Positions 8,198 through 17,814 are shown, numbered from the stretch's first letter. The stretch: DNA of 49,865 bases from a virus (IMGVR_UViG_3300031716_000015:1-49865); one strand, 5' to 3'. Translations and numbers: made by a program. Notes: generated by a model not told the origin, from the letters alone.

Positions 8198-9117
8198 GAC
8201 GTCACCCCCGTGATCTCCTGGCCCGCGCCGGGCTCCTGCACCACCGGAACCGTCTTGCGGCGGCCCTGCAGGTCCCACGCGTCGTTGGCGTCCAGGCGGA
8301 TCGACTTGATCTGCACCGCCAGGTCCGACACCGCGTAGCCGGGCGCCCCGTCGGTCTCGTCGGCCATGCCGCCGAGCGCCTTGGAGTCCAGCACGTAGGC
8401 GGACGTCGCCACCGGCAGGTTCGGGGTGACCACGACGGTCATGCCCGCGATCTGCTGGACCTCGCCGGTGTAGACCGGGTTGTCGGTCGTCTCCCGCCGC
8501 CACAGGTTCGAGATGACGGTGTCGACCATCATCGACATGTAGCCGAGGTCCGACACGACGATCGTGTCCGGGCTGTAGCCCAGGTTGCGGGCCACGATGA
8601 TCCGCTTGGCGTTCAGGATGTCGTTGAGGATCTTCGGTGTACCGGCGTCCCACTTGCCCAGGGTCGCCGTGTCCGCCAGCGCGGTGCCGATCGCCGACAT
8701 GGTCACCGAGTCGACCTGCGAGATGATCGAGTTCACGACCTTCTGCAGGGCCCGGTCGACGGCCGCGCCAGCGTAGACGTTGCGCTCGATCTCCTCATCC
8801 GTCAGCCGCACCTTCTGGCCCCACTTCGCGACCGCGGCAACGGCCGCGGTGCCGGTGGGCAGGTTCGCGAACGGGTACTCCGAGCCCGCCGACACCGCTT
8901 CCACGGTCCGGTCGGACACGAACGGCTCGGTCTGCTCGTACAGGACCGCGCCGCCCGAGGACCGCAGCCGCTGCGTGAGCAGCTGGTCGGACACGAACCG
9001 CAGGTCCTTGAAGTTGCGCAGCCGCCGGCGGATCGCAGTGGGGTTCTGCAGGAAGCGGCTGATGGACAGGGTGTCGCCCGAAAGGGTGGGCGCTCCTGCC
9101 GGGTAGGAACCGGGCAT
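8194..9117 (-). CDS. Major capsid protein
   Basis: 307 aa; V..GSEYP, KWG.KV.LTDE and final P.V.EP motifs of HK97-fold capsids. Confidence 0.9.
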   Translation of the reverse strand: MPGSYPAGAPTLSGDTLSISRFLQNPTAIRRRLRNFKDLRFVSDQLLTQRLRSSGGAVLYEQTEPFVSDRTVEAVSAGSEYPFANLPTGTAAVAAVAKWGQKVRLTDEEIERNVYAGAAVDRALQKVVNSIISQVDSVTMSAIGTALADTATLGKWDAGTPKILNDILNAKRIIVARNLGYSPDTIVVSDLGYMSMMVDTVISNLWRRETTDNPVYTGEVQQIAGMTVVVTPNLPVATSAYVLDSKALGGMADETDGAPGYAVSDLAVQIKSIRLDANDAWDLQGRRKTVPVVQEPGAGQEITGVTS

Positions 9118-9135
9118 TGCCTATCTCCTCTCGGG

Positions 9136-9525
9136 TTACCGACGGCCCTGGAAGCGGACCTTGGCGGGCGCGGTGACAGTGGTGAGTGCGGTGCCGATGA
9201 GCGTGCCCGCGGCCGAACCGGCGGCGATCGACGTCGCGACCGGGTCGATCTGGCCCGACGCAGCGGCCTGGACGCCGCCGCCCTGGGTGATGTTGTTCGC
9301 GCTGACGATCTCGTGGATCACGCCTTCCAGCGGCCAGATCGTGACCTTCGCGCCGGACGCGGCGTCGTGGGCGAACACGCCGCACACGATCGTCGAAGCG
9401 GCACCGGCGGTCGCGACGGTGCCCGAGCCGGAGATGGCGGCGAGGGTGCCGCCGGTGACCGCTCCGGAGGTGGTCGACGTCCACGGCACAGCGCCGCCGG
9501 AGTAGACCGGACTGTAATCAGCCAC
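9136..9525 (-). CDS. Capsid decoration/cement protein (DUF2190-like)
   Basis: Gly/Ala/Thr-rich, GVFAHDAASG.KVT and IGTAL motifs; between scaffold and capsid genes. Confidence 0.75.
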   Translation of the reverse strand: MADYSPVYSGGAVPWTSTTSGAVTGGTLAAISGSGTVATAGAASTIVCGVFAHDAASGAKVTIWPLEGVIHEIVSANNITQGGGVQAAASGQIDPVATSIAAGSAAGTLIGTALTTVTAPAKVRFQGRR

Positions 9526-11368
9526 GGCGGGCCTCCTTCACGACCGGCGGGAACAGGCTCGCGAACTCGCGGTCGAGATCCTCGTCGTCGACACCGCCCG
9601 CATAGCCCGACGCCGTGACCGGCATGACGTTGCGCGCCAGGCCGTCGATGACCTCGCGGGTGCCCTCCGGGTCGGCGTTCCACAGCCGAACCCAGTGCTC
9701 ACGGCGGGCCGGGGCGAACTTGCCCGCCTTGACCGCCTCGGCGATGACCTGGTCCCGCTCGCCCTCACGCTGGCGCTGGGCCTGCGCCTCGAGAGCCTGG
9801 ATGCGCTCCTGGGCGGCGGCCCACGCCGACGCCTCGACACGCATCCACGACCCCTGGGCCACGTCGGGCTTCGCGGGAGCCTTCGGCTTCACGGGCTCCT
9901 CGCCGAACAGGGACGCCTGCACCGGAGCCGGTGCCGGATCGCCCCTCAGAGCGGCGGCGGCGGCTTCCATCGCCGACGCCACCTCGTCGTCAGGCGCATC
10001 GGCCGAGAGGCCCAGCGCCGTCCGGGTGATTGCCGGATCCATTGGGCCGGCTCCTTCCTCTGCCGCCATCGGGGCGGGAGACATGGATGCGACGACCCGC
10101 ACACCAGAAGCCGCGGCGATGCCGACGGCCTTGGGCAGGTCGCGCAGGGATTGAATGGACGACATGCCGGGCGGTGTCACGCCCAGCAGCGCCAGGGCCT
10201 CGACGACGAAGCCGTACTTCTCGCCGTCGTCGGCGGTGAAGTCGAGCCAGCCCTCGACGGACCGGTCCGGCCACGCGTCCTTGGCGGACGCGGCGAGCCA
10301 GTCGGGCATGCCGGTGATGTCGCCGACCAGCGCGAGCCCGTTGCGGTCCTCGACGCGCACGTTGCCGACCCAGCCGAGTGCCGGTTCACCGTCGAAGCGC
10401 GGATCAACGTGGCCGATCTTCACGTGCGCGGGACGGGCGCCGGGCCTGTTGGCGTAGCGGGCCGCATCGTGCAGGTGCGCTTCGGTGAACGTCTGCGTGC
10501 CCGACGACAGCTTCCACATGCCGGGCCGGGCCAGCTCGATACCGCGCAGCTCGGCGGCGGCGACCTTCCTCTTGTCCTCGTCGAACTCGATGCCGTACTT
10601 GCGACCGGCGGCGAGGACCCTCGCCTTGACGCGAGCCAGCTCGTCGGCCGAGTACTCGCCGGCGTTGTCGGCCTGATTGATGTACGACCAGGCCGCCCGG
10701 CAGTGCTCCTCGGAATCCAGCGGGTAGCGCTTGCGCCCGTCGGGCTGGTAGCCGGGATCGGCGTACTCAACGTCGCCGTACGGCTCAGCGCCCGACGCTG
10801 CCTCCACCGACTCTGTGCCGGAAGGCTCCTCGTCAGCCTCGTCAGCCTCGTCAGCGTCCGGCTCGTCCTCGTCGTCCTGGTCCTCGTCCGGTTCGGCCAG
10901 ATCGGCCGCGGCCCGTACCCTCGGCGACGCCTTCTTGGCCGGCGCGTGCTTCGCCGCAGGCAGCACCCGGGTCGCGGCCAGCCGGTCGATGAACGCCGGA
11001 GCGATGATCCCCGTCGGGCGCATCCCCAGCCGCAACTGAGCGGCCTTGATCGCCGACGTCGTCAGCGGCCCCAGCTTCCCGTCAACGGCCAGCTTGCGGC
11101 CGTGCAGGTCGGTCAGACCCAGCCGGTTCAGCTGCTCCTGCAGCGCCCGGACCCGCTTGTCGCCGCCCTTGTGGCCGTAGCCGGTGCCGCGGACCCCGTC
11201 GAAGCCGAGCTGGCCCGCCGGGATCACGCGCCGCTGACGGCGCTTCGGGGTCGTCTTCGCCGCCGGGGACGTCTTCGCGGGCTTGCTCTTCGTGCCGAAC
11301 TGGCCGCCCGCAGCGCGCGGATGCAGCTCCTCGACGAACAGGGCCGCCTCGACCTGGGCGTGCGTCAT
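9518..11368 (-). CDS. Mu-type prohead protease/scaffold fused to N-terminal peptidoglycan-binding-like and DUF6582-like domains
   Basis: IELARPG.W, KIGH, EPALGWV, RSVE, LALLGVTPPG protease motifs; VRALQEQLNRLG..VDGKLGPLT PG-binding motif; YADPGYQ.DG.KRYPLD. Confidence 0.8.
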   Translation of the reverse strand: MTHAQVEAALFVEELHPRAAGGQFGTKSKPAKTSPAAKTTPKRRQRRVIPAGQLGFDGVRGTGYGHKGGDKRVRALQEQLNRLGLTDLHGRKLAVDGKLGPLTTSAIKAAQLRLGMRPTGIIAPAFIDRLAATRVLPAAKHAPAKKASPRVRAAADLAEPDEDQDDEDEPDADEADEADEEPSGTESVEAASGAEPYGDVEYADPGYQPDGRKRYPLDSEEHCRAAWSYINQADNAGEYSADELARVKARVLAAGRKYGIEFDEDKRKVAAAELRGIELARPGMWKLSSGTQTFTEAHLHDAARYANRPGARPAHVKIGHVDPRFDGEPALGWVGNVRVEDRNGLALVGDITGMPDWLAASAKDAWPDRSVEGWLDFTADDGEKYGFVVEALALLGVTPPGMSSIQSLRDLPKAVGIAAASGVRVVASMSPAPMAAEEGAGPMDPAITRTALGLSADAPDDEVASAMEAAAAALRGDPAPAPVQASLFGEEPVKPKAPAKPDVAQGSWMRVEASAWAAAQERIQALEAQAQRQREGERDQVIAEAVKAGKFAPARREHWVRLWNADPEGTREVIDGLARNVMPVTASGYAGGVDDEDLDREFASLFPPVVKEARRG

Positions 11369-11418
11369 CGGCCCACCTCCTCGGGGATCGGCGAATGGGC
11401 TGATGCGGGGTGGAGAAG

Positions 11419-14400
11419 TTACTTGCGCTTGGAAGGCAGCCGGGCGGCTATGTCGGCAAGTTCGCGCTGCAGGTCGTCCTTCTCGGCGTCGAGCTGCGCC
11501 CGACGCTGCGCGGACAGACCCTCGCGGTCGAGGTCGGCCTGAACGAGCGCCAATTCGTACGTGATCTCTTTCTGGCGGCGGCGGTCAGCTGCGGCCTCCG
11601 AGCGAGGTGTACGCCCGACTCCGGCCGCCTTCTTGCCCGCCTCCGACTGGCGCTGCGCCAGACGCTCCGCGCGGGGATTGGCGGACGGCGCCGGGCCGAA
11701 TTCACTCTGCTCCGGTGTAACCCGGATCATGTGATTGCCCTCGCCGCCGATGGACAGGGCCTGGTCCCGCTCACGCTGGCTCAGGGTCTTCAGATCCGCC
11801 ACCGGGATGATCCTCACGTCTGGCTGACGGAGCATGCCCTTCAGGATCTTGTCCTGCTCCTCATGCGAATATCCGGCCGTGCTGAGGGCGTCACGTACGT
11901 CGGCGATTCCAGCCCAGCTGGAGGAGTTCGAATAGACATCTACGGCGTCGCGGACGACCTGCTCACCATGAGCGGTCCGGGTATCGCCCGGCTGATCGCC
12001 ATGCGTCCCGCCCAGATGCCCCAGGAGCTTCTCGGCGATCGAGTCGCGGGATTCACCCCGCTTCAACTCGATACCGCGCTTACGCGCCACCCGGCGCAGC
12101 TGCTCACGGTCGAACCCGTCGAACGGATGCCCCTTGCCGCCACCCTTGCCGTGAGCCTCGATCGCGTCCTTCAGGTGGTCCACCATGCTGCGGAACCGGC
12201 CGCCACCCGGCGAACCGGCCGGATTGCGCGGCTGGCGCGGGTTGAACGACGCCGCGACCGCCCCGGACAACTCGCCCAGCGCCGCCGACAGGGCGTCGAT
12301 GCCCAACTCCCACTCGTCGGCCTCATCGTCGGCGAGGTCGCCGAAGTCCTCGGCCAGCTCCTGCGCGAACGCCTCCAGCGCCTCAGCGCTCGCCGATTCG
12401 GCAGACGCCGCGACGTGGTGGCGCGGCGGATTGTGCCCGTACCGCAGCCGATACCACTTCGAGACCGTCGCCTTGAGCTTCTCGGGGTTCTTGATGTACT
12501 TCTTCAGGTGGTCGTACAGGTCGGTCCAGGTGACCCACTTGCTTGCCAACTGGCCGTAGACCCACATCCGCTTCAGGCGCTCGCCGCCCGGGTGCGTGTC
12601 GACACCCGCCGCAGCCGCGACCCACGACGCCTCGTCGTCCAGGTCGGGCGCGGCTGACGGCCGTTTCCGCGCTGCAGCGAGAACCCTCTCCACCGACGCA
12701 ACGAGCGCAGCAGCCCTGACCGTGTCCCCGCCCGCACCGGACAGCTGGGCGTGGATCAGCGACAGCGTGAGGGCGGTGTGCCACTCGCGCATGTCGTCTT
12801 CGGTCATTTTCAGGATGGTGCCGTCGGACTGGCCCTCGCCGAACTCGTCGTAGCCACTGATGTCGAGATCCCACAGGGGGTCGCCGTCGTCATCCTCGCG
12901 CTTGGTCGACCAGTCGAAGTTACGGGGATCGGCGTCCTCTTCGCCTTCTGGGGCGGGCGAGTAGTAACCCGGATCGTCTCCGCCGCCGAGCGCCTCGGTC
13001 AGGCGCTGATGCAGCTGCTCGACCTCGGCTGGCGACATGTCGAACATGACCGTCGTGCCGTCGTCGCCGGTCGCCTCGATCCCGTAGTCGCCATTCGGCT
13101 TGCGCGTGGTCCAGTCGATCGACGAGCCGTTACGCGTGTCGACGCGGCCCCCCGGGTGCACCCGCACTAGATCGCCGAGAAGGCGCTTGACCGCGCCGCC
13201 AACCCCGTCACCCCATTTGCCATCAGGATCGCGGGGCTGATCGGGGTTGAACTTCGCCTTCACGGCACGCTTGGCCGCCACCGACTCCGCGCCGAACGAC
13301 GCCTCCTGCGGCGCGGCCGCCGCATTCGGGTCAGCCGTACCCGCCGGGGCCGTAGCCGTCGCCGGATCAGCAGGCGGCAAGCCGTAGAACTGGCGCGTCG
13401 CCGTCTCCAGCACCTCATCCGGGTGCAGGATCCCGGCGTCGACCAGCGTCTTCATCGCCTCCGCCGTCGCGGGCTGCCGGGAGCCGATCTCGTCGAAGAC
13501 CAGCTTCGGCGCGGGCTCGTCCGGACCCCAGTTCACGTCGACCAAGTCCTCGACGATGTGCTGGGTCGCTGTGTCGGCGACCTGCTGGGCGAGGGTCTGC
13601 AAGCTCAGGGTGAAGAAATCGGCGAACGTGCTGCCGAGCGCCCACGAGCCGGTCTGCTGGCCCAGGTTCAGGAAGTGCGCCAGCACCGCGCGGGCGATCT
13701 GCTGGTCGTGGTACTCCACCGCGGGCTTCGCATCCGGCAGCGTGCCCTCCACGCCCATCAGCCGCAGCTTCGCCCCGAACGGCGTCGCCGCCCCCGCAGC
13801 CTCACCCGCACGCAGCGACGTGGCCATGTTCAGGCCCGCCGTCAGCGACGCCTCGCCATCAGCACCCTCATAGACCGGGATGCCCATGCCGTTGCGCTCG
13901 ATCGTCTGCGCCCACACCCGCAGCAGCCGGTCCTTGAGCAGCCAGTTCTTGTACACCGGCCGCAGGATCGAACAGCCCAGCCAGTTGCCGCCCTCACGGT
14001 CGAACACATACGCGACCAGGCGGTCCACCGGGATCGGGCGCGGCTCGGTGTTCTTCTGCGTCCAGTACTGCCTGATGCCGACCAGGCCGCCGTCGGACGC
14101 GACGTCGACCATCTCGATCGTCGTCGGCGGACGGTAGGCCAGCTTGCGCAGATGCGCCCGCGACCCGTCGTCGTCGACCCGGTACACCTGCTCGAAGTAG
14201 GAGAAGCCGAACGGCAGCATCAGCAGCGACAGCCGCAGATGCTCGATCCAGCTGAACCGGTCCTTCAGCCGGACCGGGGCCAGGACGTCACTGCGGCCCA
14301 CGATCGGCAGCCCCAGGTCGTCGGCGACCAGCCGCACGACCTCCTCGCGGGCCCCGGCCGGGTCCAGACGCCACGGCGTACGCAGCACCGGCAAGGTGAC

Positions 14401-14580
14401 CGCGTTCAGCACCGACTTGACCTGGCCGTCGGTGCGGCGCATCTGGTCGAAGACCGTCACCGACAGCGGGAACTGCAACTCCGGGGTGAACTCGTTCTCG
14501 TACTGCCACCAGTAGTTCGGCGCCGCGACCTGGTAGCCGATCTCGGCCTGCGGGACCTTCGCGGGGGCGGTGTCAGCCAC
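11419..14580 (-). CDS. Portal protein (DUF935/Mu gp29 type) with a long C-terminal extension
   Basis: FGFSYFEQVY, G.SILRP.Y..W, ERNGMGIP, I.RAVLAHFL, GS.ALG motifs in the first ~400 aa; follows the terminase. Confidence 0.88.
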   Translation of the reverse strand: MADTAPAKVPQAEIGYQVAAPNYWWQYENEFTPELQFPLSVTVFDQMRRTDGQVKSVLNAVTLPVLRTPWRLDPAGAREEVVRLVADDLGLPIVGRSDVLAPVRLKDRFSWIEHLRLSLLMLPFGFSYFEQVYRVDDDGSRAHLRKLAYRPPTTIEMVDVASDGGLVGIRQYWTQKNTEPRPIPVDRLVAYVFDREGGNWLGCSILRPVYKNWLLKDRLLRVWAQTIERNGMGIPVYEGADGEASLTAGLNMATSLRAGEAAGAATPFGAKLRLMGVEGTLPDAKPAVEYHDQQIARAVLAHFLNLGQQTGSWALGSTFADFFTLSLQTLAQQVADTATQHIVEDLVDVNWGPDEPAPKLVFDEIGSRQPATAEAMKTLVDAGILHPDEVLETATRQFYGLPPADPATATAPAGTADPNAAAAPQEASFGAESVAAKRAVKAKFNPDQPRDPDGKWGDGVGGAVKRLLGDLVRVHPGGRVDTRNGSSIDWTTRKPNGDYGIEATGDDGTTVMFDMSPAEVEQLHQRLTEALGGGDDPGYYSPAPEGEEDADPRNFDWSTKREDDDGDPLWDLDISGYDEFGEGQSDGTILKMTEDDMREWHTALTLSLIHAQLSGAGGDTVRAAALVASVERVLAAARKRPSAAPDLDDEASWVAAAAGVDTHPGGERLKRMWVYGQLASKWVTWTDLYDHLKKYIKNPEKLKATVSKWYRLRYGHNPPRHHVAASAESASAEALEAFAQELAEDFGDLADDEADEWELGIDALSAALGELSGAVAASFNPRQPRNPAGSPGGGRFRSMVDHLKDAIEAHGKGGGKGHPFDGFDREQLRRVARKRGIELKRGESRDSIAEKLLGHLGGTHGDQPGDTRTAHGEQVVRDAVDVYSNSSSWAGIADVRDALSTAGYSHEEQDKILKGMLRQPDVRIIPVADLKTLSQRERDQALSIGGEGNHMIRVTPEQSEFGPAPSANPRAERLAQRQSEAGKKAAGVGRTPRSEAAADRRRQKEITYELALVQADLDREGLSAQRRAQLDAEKDDLQRELADIAARLPSKRK

Positions 14581-14592
14581 AACTCACCCCCG

Positions 14593-16158
14593 TCAGAACT
14601 GGACCGTCATGAGGTCGACGTCGGGGCGGGACTTCGCGGGGATCAGTTCCACGATGGGCGGAGCGGCGGGCGTCTTCGGCTGCCCGTACACCATCAGCCC
14701 GTGCAGTGCGTTCGTCGCCCCGACCAGGCCCGAGATGTCGCCCGCGGCATGCTTGCGGTCCCACGCCCACGCATCGGCCAGCGAGCGCGTCGCCGACCGG
14801 CGCAGCATCTCCAGCAGCCGGTCGTCGCCGAGGTGGCGCAGCTGGCCGGTGATCGCCGCGTCGTACATCCGGCCGCACGCGTACGCGACCTCGCGCATCG
14901 ACAGCGGCTTCGGCTCGATCAGGTTCGGCTTGGCCGGCAGTCGCTCGGCAACCTCGGTCAGCAGCGACGCGCCCGGCCCCGCCGGGTCGAACACCACCGC
15001 GATGACGGGCTGCCGGCCGCAGATCTCGCCCAGGCGGCCCGCGATCCAGCCCGTGTCGTCGCGGTAGTCGATCAGCTCGACATGCGGCAGCCCGTCCGAG
15101 CGCAGCCCCGCCACGACGATCGCGCCCTTGTCGCGGCGCCAGCTGACCTCCCAGGTCAGCACCACGCCACCGGCGATCTCCGAACGCGGATCGCGGCAGT
15201 TGACCCATGCCGTCAGCGGGATCTTGCTCGGCAGCAGCTCTGGCACCCGCTGGCACAGGCACTCCGTGCGGAACACCGGCTCCGGATCTGTCGCGGCGGC
15301 CGAGCGCAGCGCCTCGATCGAGATGCCCTGCGGATAGCCCAGCGACGGGTTCGCCATCGCCCAGTACTGCGGGTCGTCGATCGGGCAGTCGTCGGGGGCA
15401 GACCACTCGAACAGGCCCATCGACGGGTCCGCGCTCGGATCCTCGGCCGTCGCCCGGCCCTTCTCCTGCAAGTCGTTGAGCACGATGCTGCGGTCGTCGC
15501 CGGAGTTCGTGACCGCCCAGATCTGGGCGTTGCTGCGCGCCATCGTCGTCTTCGTCACCGCGGCCCACGAGTCCCAGGTGTGGTGCTCGCGCAGCTCGTC
15601 GAGGTTCACGTCATCGGCCGACAGCGACCGGCCGCCGCGCCGCGACGCCGCCGCGATCTTCCAGCGGGTGCCGTTGGTCAGCTTCAGCGCCTTCTTGCCG
15701 TTCGTCCGGTCGACGTGCTCGATCTCGGCCCGCAGTTCCGGGATCGACTCGACGATCTCGACGGCCTTGTCCCACGACTCCTCGGCGTAGTCGAGGATCT
15801 GCGCCGTGCCGATCACCAGCAGGACCCGCAGGACGAACATCTTCCACAGGTTCTTGACCTCGACCAGCGTCGTCTTGCCGTTCTGGCGGGCGACGAGGAC
15901 CAGGATCGTGCGGAACCGGAACCGTCCGTCGGCGCGCAGCTCGAAGCCGTGGATCAGCAGCCAGCGCTGCCACGGCAGCAGCTGCAGCCCGAGGACTTCC
16001 TCGGCGAACTGGACGGCGGAGAAGCCCAGCGACGTGTCCGGCGTCAGCGCACAGCCGCACCCGCAGGGTCCGGGCGGGCCGGTGACCAGCGGCGGAGTGT
16101 AGATGCGCGGCAGAGTCGAGCCGCGCAGGTCAGCCCTGGCGGCGGTCAGCGTCGCCAC
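14593..16158 (-). CDS. Terminase large subunit
   Basis: LLPWQ, Walker A VARQNGKT, Walker B VNLDELREH, ANPSLG, FRTECL. Confidence 0.95.
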   Translation of the reverse strand: MATLTAARADLRGSTLPRIYTPPLVTGPPGPCGCGCALTPDTSLGFSAVQFAEEVLGLQLLPWQRWLLIHGFELRADGRFRFRTILVLVARQNGKTTLVEVKNLWKMFVLRVLLVIGTAQILDYAEESWDKAVEIVESIPELRAEIEHVDRTNGKKALKLTNGTRWKIAAASRRGGRSLSADDVNLDELREHHTWDSWAAVTKTTMARSNAQIWAVTNSGDDRSIVLNDLQEKGRATAEDPSADPSMGLFEWSAPDDCPIDDPQYWAMANPSLGYPQGISIEALRSAAATDPEPVFRTECLCQRVPELLPSKIPLTAWVNCRDPRSEIAGGVVLTWEVSWRRDKGAIVVAGLRSDGLPHVELIDYRDDTGWIAGRLGEICGRQPVIAVVFDPAGPGASLLTEVAERLPAKPNLIEPKPLSMREVAYACGRMYDAAITGQLRHLGDDRLLEMLRRSATRSLADAWAWDRKHAAGDISGLVGATNALHGLMVYGQPKTPAAPPIVELIPAKSRPDVDLMTVQF

Positions 16159-16561
16159 GAAGCTGCGCGAGCCGGCCCTTCACCGGCTTGTCGCCCTTGA
16201 GCGCCTCCCGGATTTCGGCCCGGGTCGCCGGAGAGCCGCCGAGGTCACGCAGAGTGGCCTGAAGCTGGGGGCCCAGCGCCTGGACCGTCTTCGCGATGTC
16301 GCACATCGCCTCAAGCCGCTGGAGCTTCTTGTAGATCGAGCCGTCCCCGGCAGCGTCGCGGTACAGCTCGTCGAGGAGTTCGGCGCGCTCGACGGCGCTC
16401 TCGATCTCCTCGGCGTGGCGAAGGGCGAGCGCCTTGAGGCCGTCGTCGGTGTCGGCGAGCCAGTCCATCTTGTCGATGGATGATTTGACGGCATCGCGCA
16501 GGTCAGGGGGCTTTTCGCGGCCCGTGTCGGGGGTGTCCACGAGGCGGAGCTGGCGGCCCAT
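16130..16561 (-). CDS. Terminase small subunit
   Basis: 143 aa upstream of TerL; LGPQL..TL..LGGSPATR motif. Confidence 0.8.
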   Translation of the reverse strand: MGRQLRLVDTPDTGREKPPDLRDAVKSSIDKMDWLADTDDGLKALALRHAEEIESAVERAELLDELYRDAAGDGSIYKKLQRLEAMCDIAKTVQALGPQLQATLRDLGGSPATRAEIREALKGDKPVKGRLAQLRGDADRRQG

Positions 16562-16777
16562 AGATCACCGCCAATCATCACGCACAGTCACGACTGTCCG
16601 AAGTGGATAATTGCATGCGTGGATTTATGCATAATATTCAAGATCAGCCGGGGAGGGATCTTGGCGATTGGCCCGGCGGTCATGATCATTGATCTTCGTA
16701 TTTTTTCGTGATCAACTGTATATGCATGCGTGCACGTGCGTCACGCTGCGTAGTCAACACAAGATCGACACTGAGCG
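16562..16777. other. Candidate packaging (cos/pac) region
   Basis: Most conspicuous AT-rich noncoding stretch, between HNH/P-loop genes and TerS; multiple palindromes (TTATGCATAA, TGATCA) and repeated AAGATC/GATCTT. Confidence 0.5.
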
Positions 16778-17248
16778 TTACCAGCTACGCGACGCGGGCA
16801 GCGGGAAGTCGAACGCTGGTCCTGGCGAGGCCCTGCCTGGCTGCTGCACCTCGGCCCTGCTGCGGTACCACTCGTCGATCGCGGCGAACATGCGCCTGGG
16901 CCGCTCGCTCTTGCACCTCTGGCGTACCACATCGCGTCCAGGGTCGACGGTCACGATCTGTGCACCCATGCCCCGGTACTCAGCCATGCGCTGCGCCCCC
17001 GGGTTGGAGTGGATGACATACACGTCCGTCACGTGGATCTGCTTGAGCGCAGCCTCGATGGCCGCAGCCCGCACCGCCTTGGTCACAGCTACAACGGGGG
17101 CTGCATGGTCATGCAGGTCCCCGCCCGTGCCCGTAAGCGCCACGGCCAGGCGGTCGTAGTCCACCACCACGTCGGTGGGCTTGGCCCGCTCCAGTACCCA
17201 TGTGCTCTTGCCGGCGGCGGGCGGTCCGATGACGACGGTCAGCGCCAT
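16778..17248 (-). CDS. Small P-loop (AAA_33-like) protein
   Basis: GPPAAGKST Walker A; VVDYD; TGATG overlap with HNH. Confidence 0.8.
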   Translation of the reverse strand: MALTVVIGPPAAGKSTWVLERAKPTDVVVDYDRLAVALTGTGGDLHDHAAPVVAVTKAVRAAAIEAALKQIHVTDVYVIHSNPGAQRMAEYRGMGAQIVTVDPGRDVVRQRCKSERPRRMFAAIDEWYRSRAEVQQPGRASPGPAFDFPLPASRSW

Positions 17249-17529
17249 CACCACTCCCGCGAGGTGCGTACGGCTACGGTCCTCGCCGCGTTGGTCACCA
17301 ACGCTCCGTTGCGTCCACCGGCCTTGCGGTTGCAGGTGACGTGCTCAGGGCCGGTCCAGATGGTGCGGTCGTTGTCGTCGTGGCCGAGGTCCCAGTCGCG
17401 TCCCGGTTCGAGTCGCTGGTTGCAGCGGGCGCAGTCGACCAGTCCGGCATCCACCTTCGGAGCCCATCGTGCCCGCTCGGCCTGATGCTTCGCGCCGTAG
17501 CCGCGCTGAGCGGTGGTCGGCCTGGCCAT
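17248..17529 (-). CDS. HNH-like endonuclease
   Basis: RGYG..H, CARC, WDLGH, PEH..CN. Confidence 0.8.
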   Translation of the reverse strand: MARPTTAQRGYGAKHQAERARWAPKVDAGLVDCARCNQRLEPGRDWDLGHDDNDRTIWTGPEHVTCNRKAGGRNGALVTNAARTVAVRTSREW

Positions 17530-17530
17530 G

Positions 17531-17737
17531 TCACGCCGCTATCGCTACCCGCGGTCCCCGGTGGACAGCCCCGGTCGCCCGCATGGCCTTCTCGACGGCC
17601 TGGACTTCGCGGTAGTCGTAGAGCCCGTCGGCGGTCCGGGTCAGGCGGCCTTCGTAGTACCACTTGTGGACGGCGTTGCGGGACAGGCCGAGCCGTCGTG
17701 CGGCCCATGCGCCGGTGACGTACTGGTCGGTGGCCAT
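17531..17737 (-). CDS. Small HTH DNA-binding protein (MerR-like)
   Basis: AARRLGLSRNAVHKW...GRL...GLYD; RBS GGGGGTG. Confidence 0.7.
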   Translation of the reverse strand: MATDQYVTGAWAARRLGLSRNAVHKWYYEGRLTRTADGLYDYREVQAVEKAMRATGAVHRGPRVAIAA

Positions 17738-17756
17738 GTTCACCCCCGGGTACGCG

Positions 17757-17782
17757 AAAAAGCCCCGCACGATGGCGGGGCT
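17757..17782 (-). terminator. Intrinsic terminator
   Basis: AGCCCCGC-CATCGT-GCGGGGCT followed by TTTT on the minus strand. Confidence 0.7.
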
Positions 17783-17814
17783 CCTGTCTGCGGGCATGGT
17801 GAACTCGCAGGTCA

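Noticed and set aside
10829-10857. 9 bp tandem repeat TCGTCAGCC
   Set aside because: Simply encodes the acidic DEADEADE linker of the protease.
9518-14580. Mu-like transposable phage, suggested by the Mu-type portal and protease
   Set aside because: No transposase A/B; the genome has a tyrosine integrase, attP and an iteron-type initiator.
13423-16200. 925 aa plus-strand ORF (also 4352..6166, 6716..8338, 9695..11542, 45730..47058)
   Set aside because: Antisense shadows of clear minus-strand genes in high-GC DNA; Arg/Gly-rich with no motifs.
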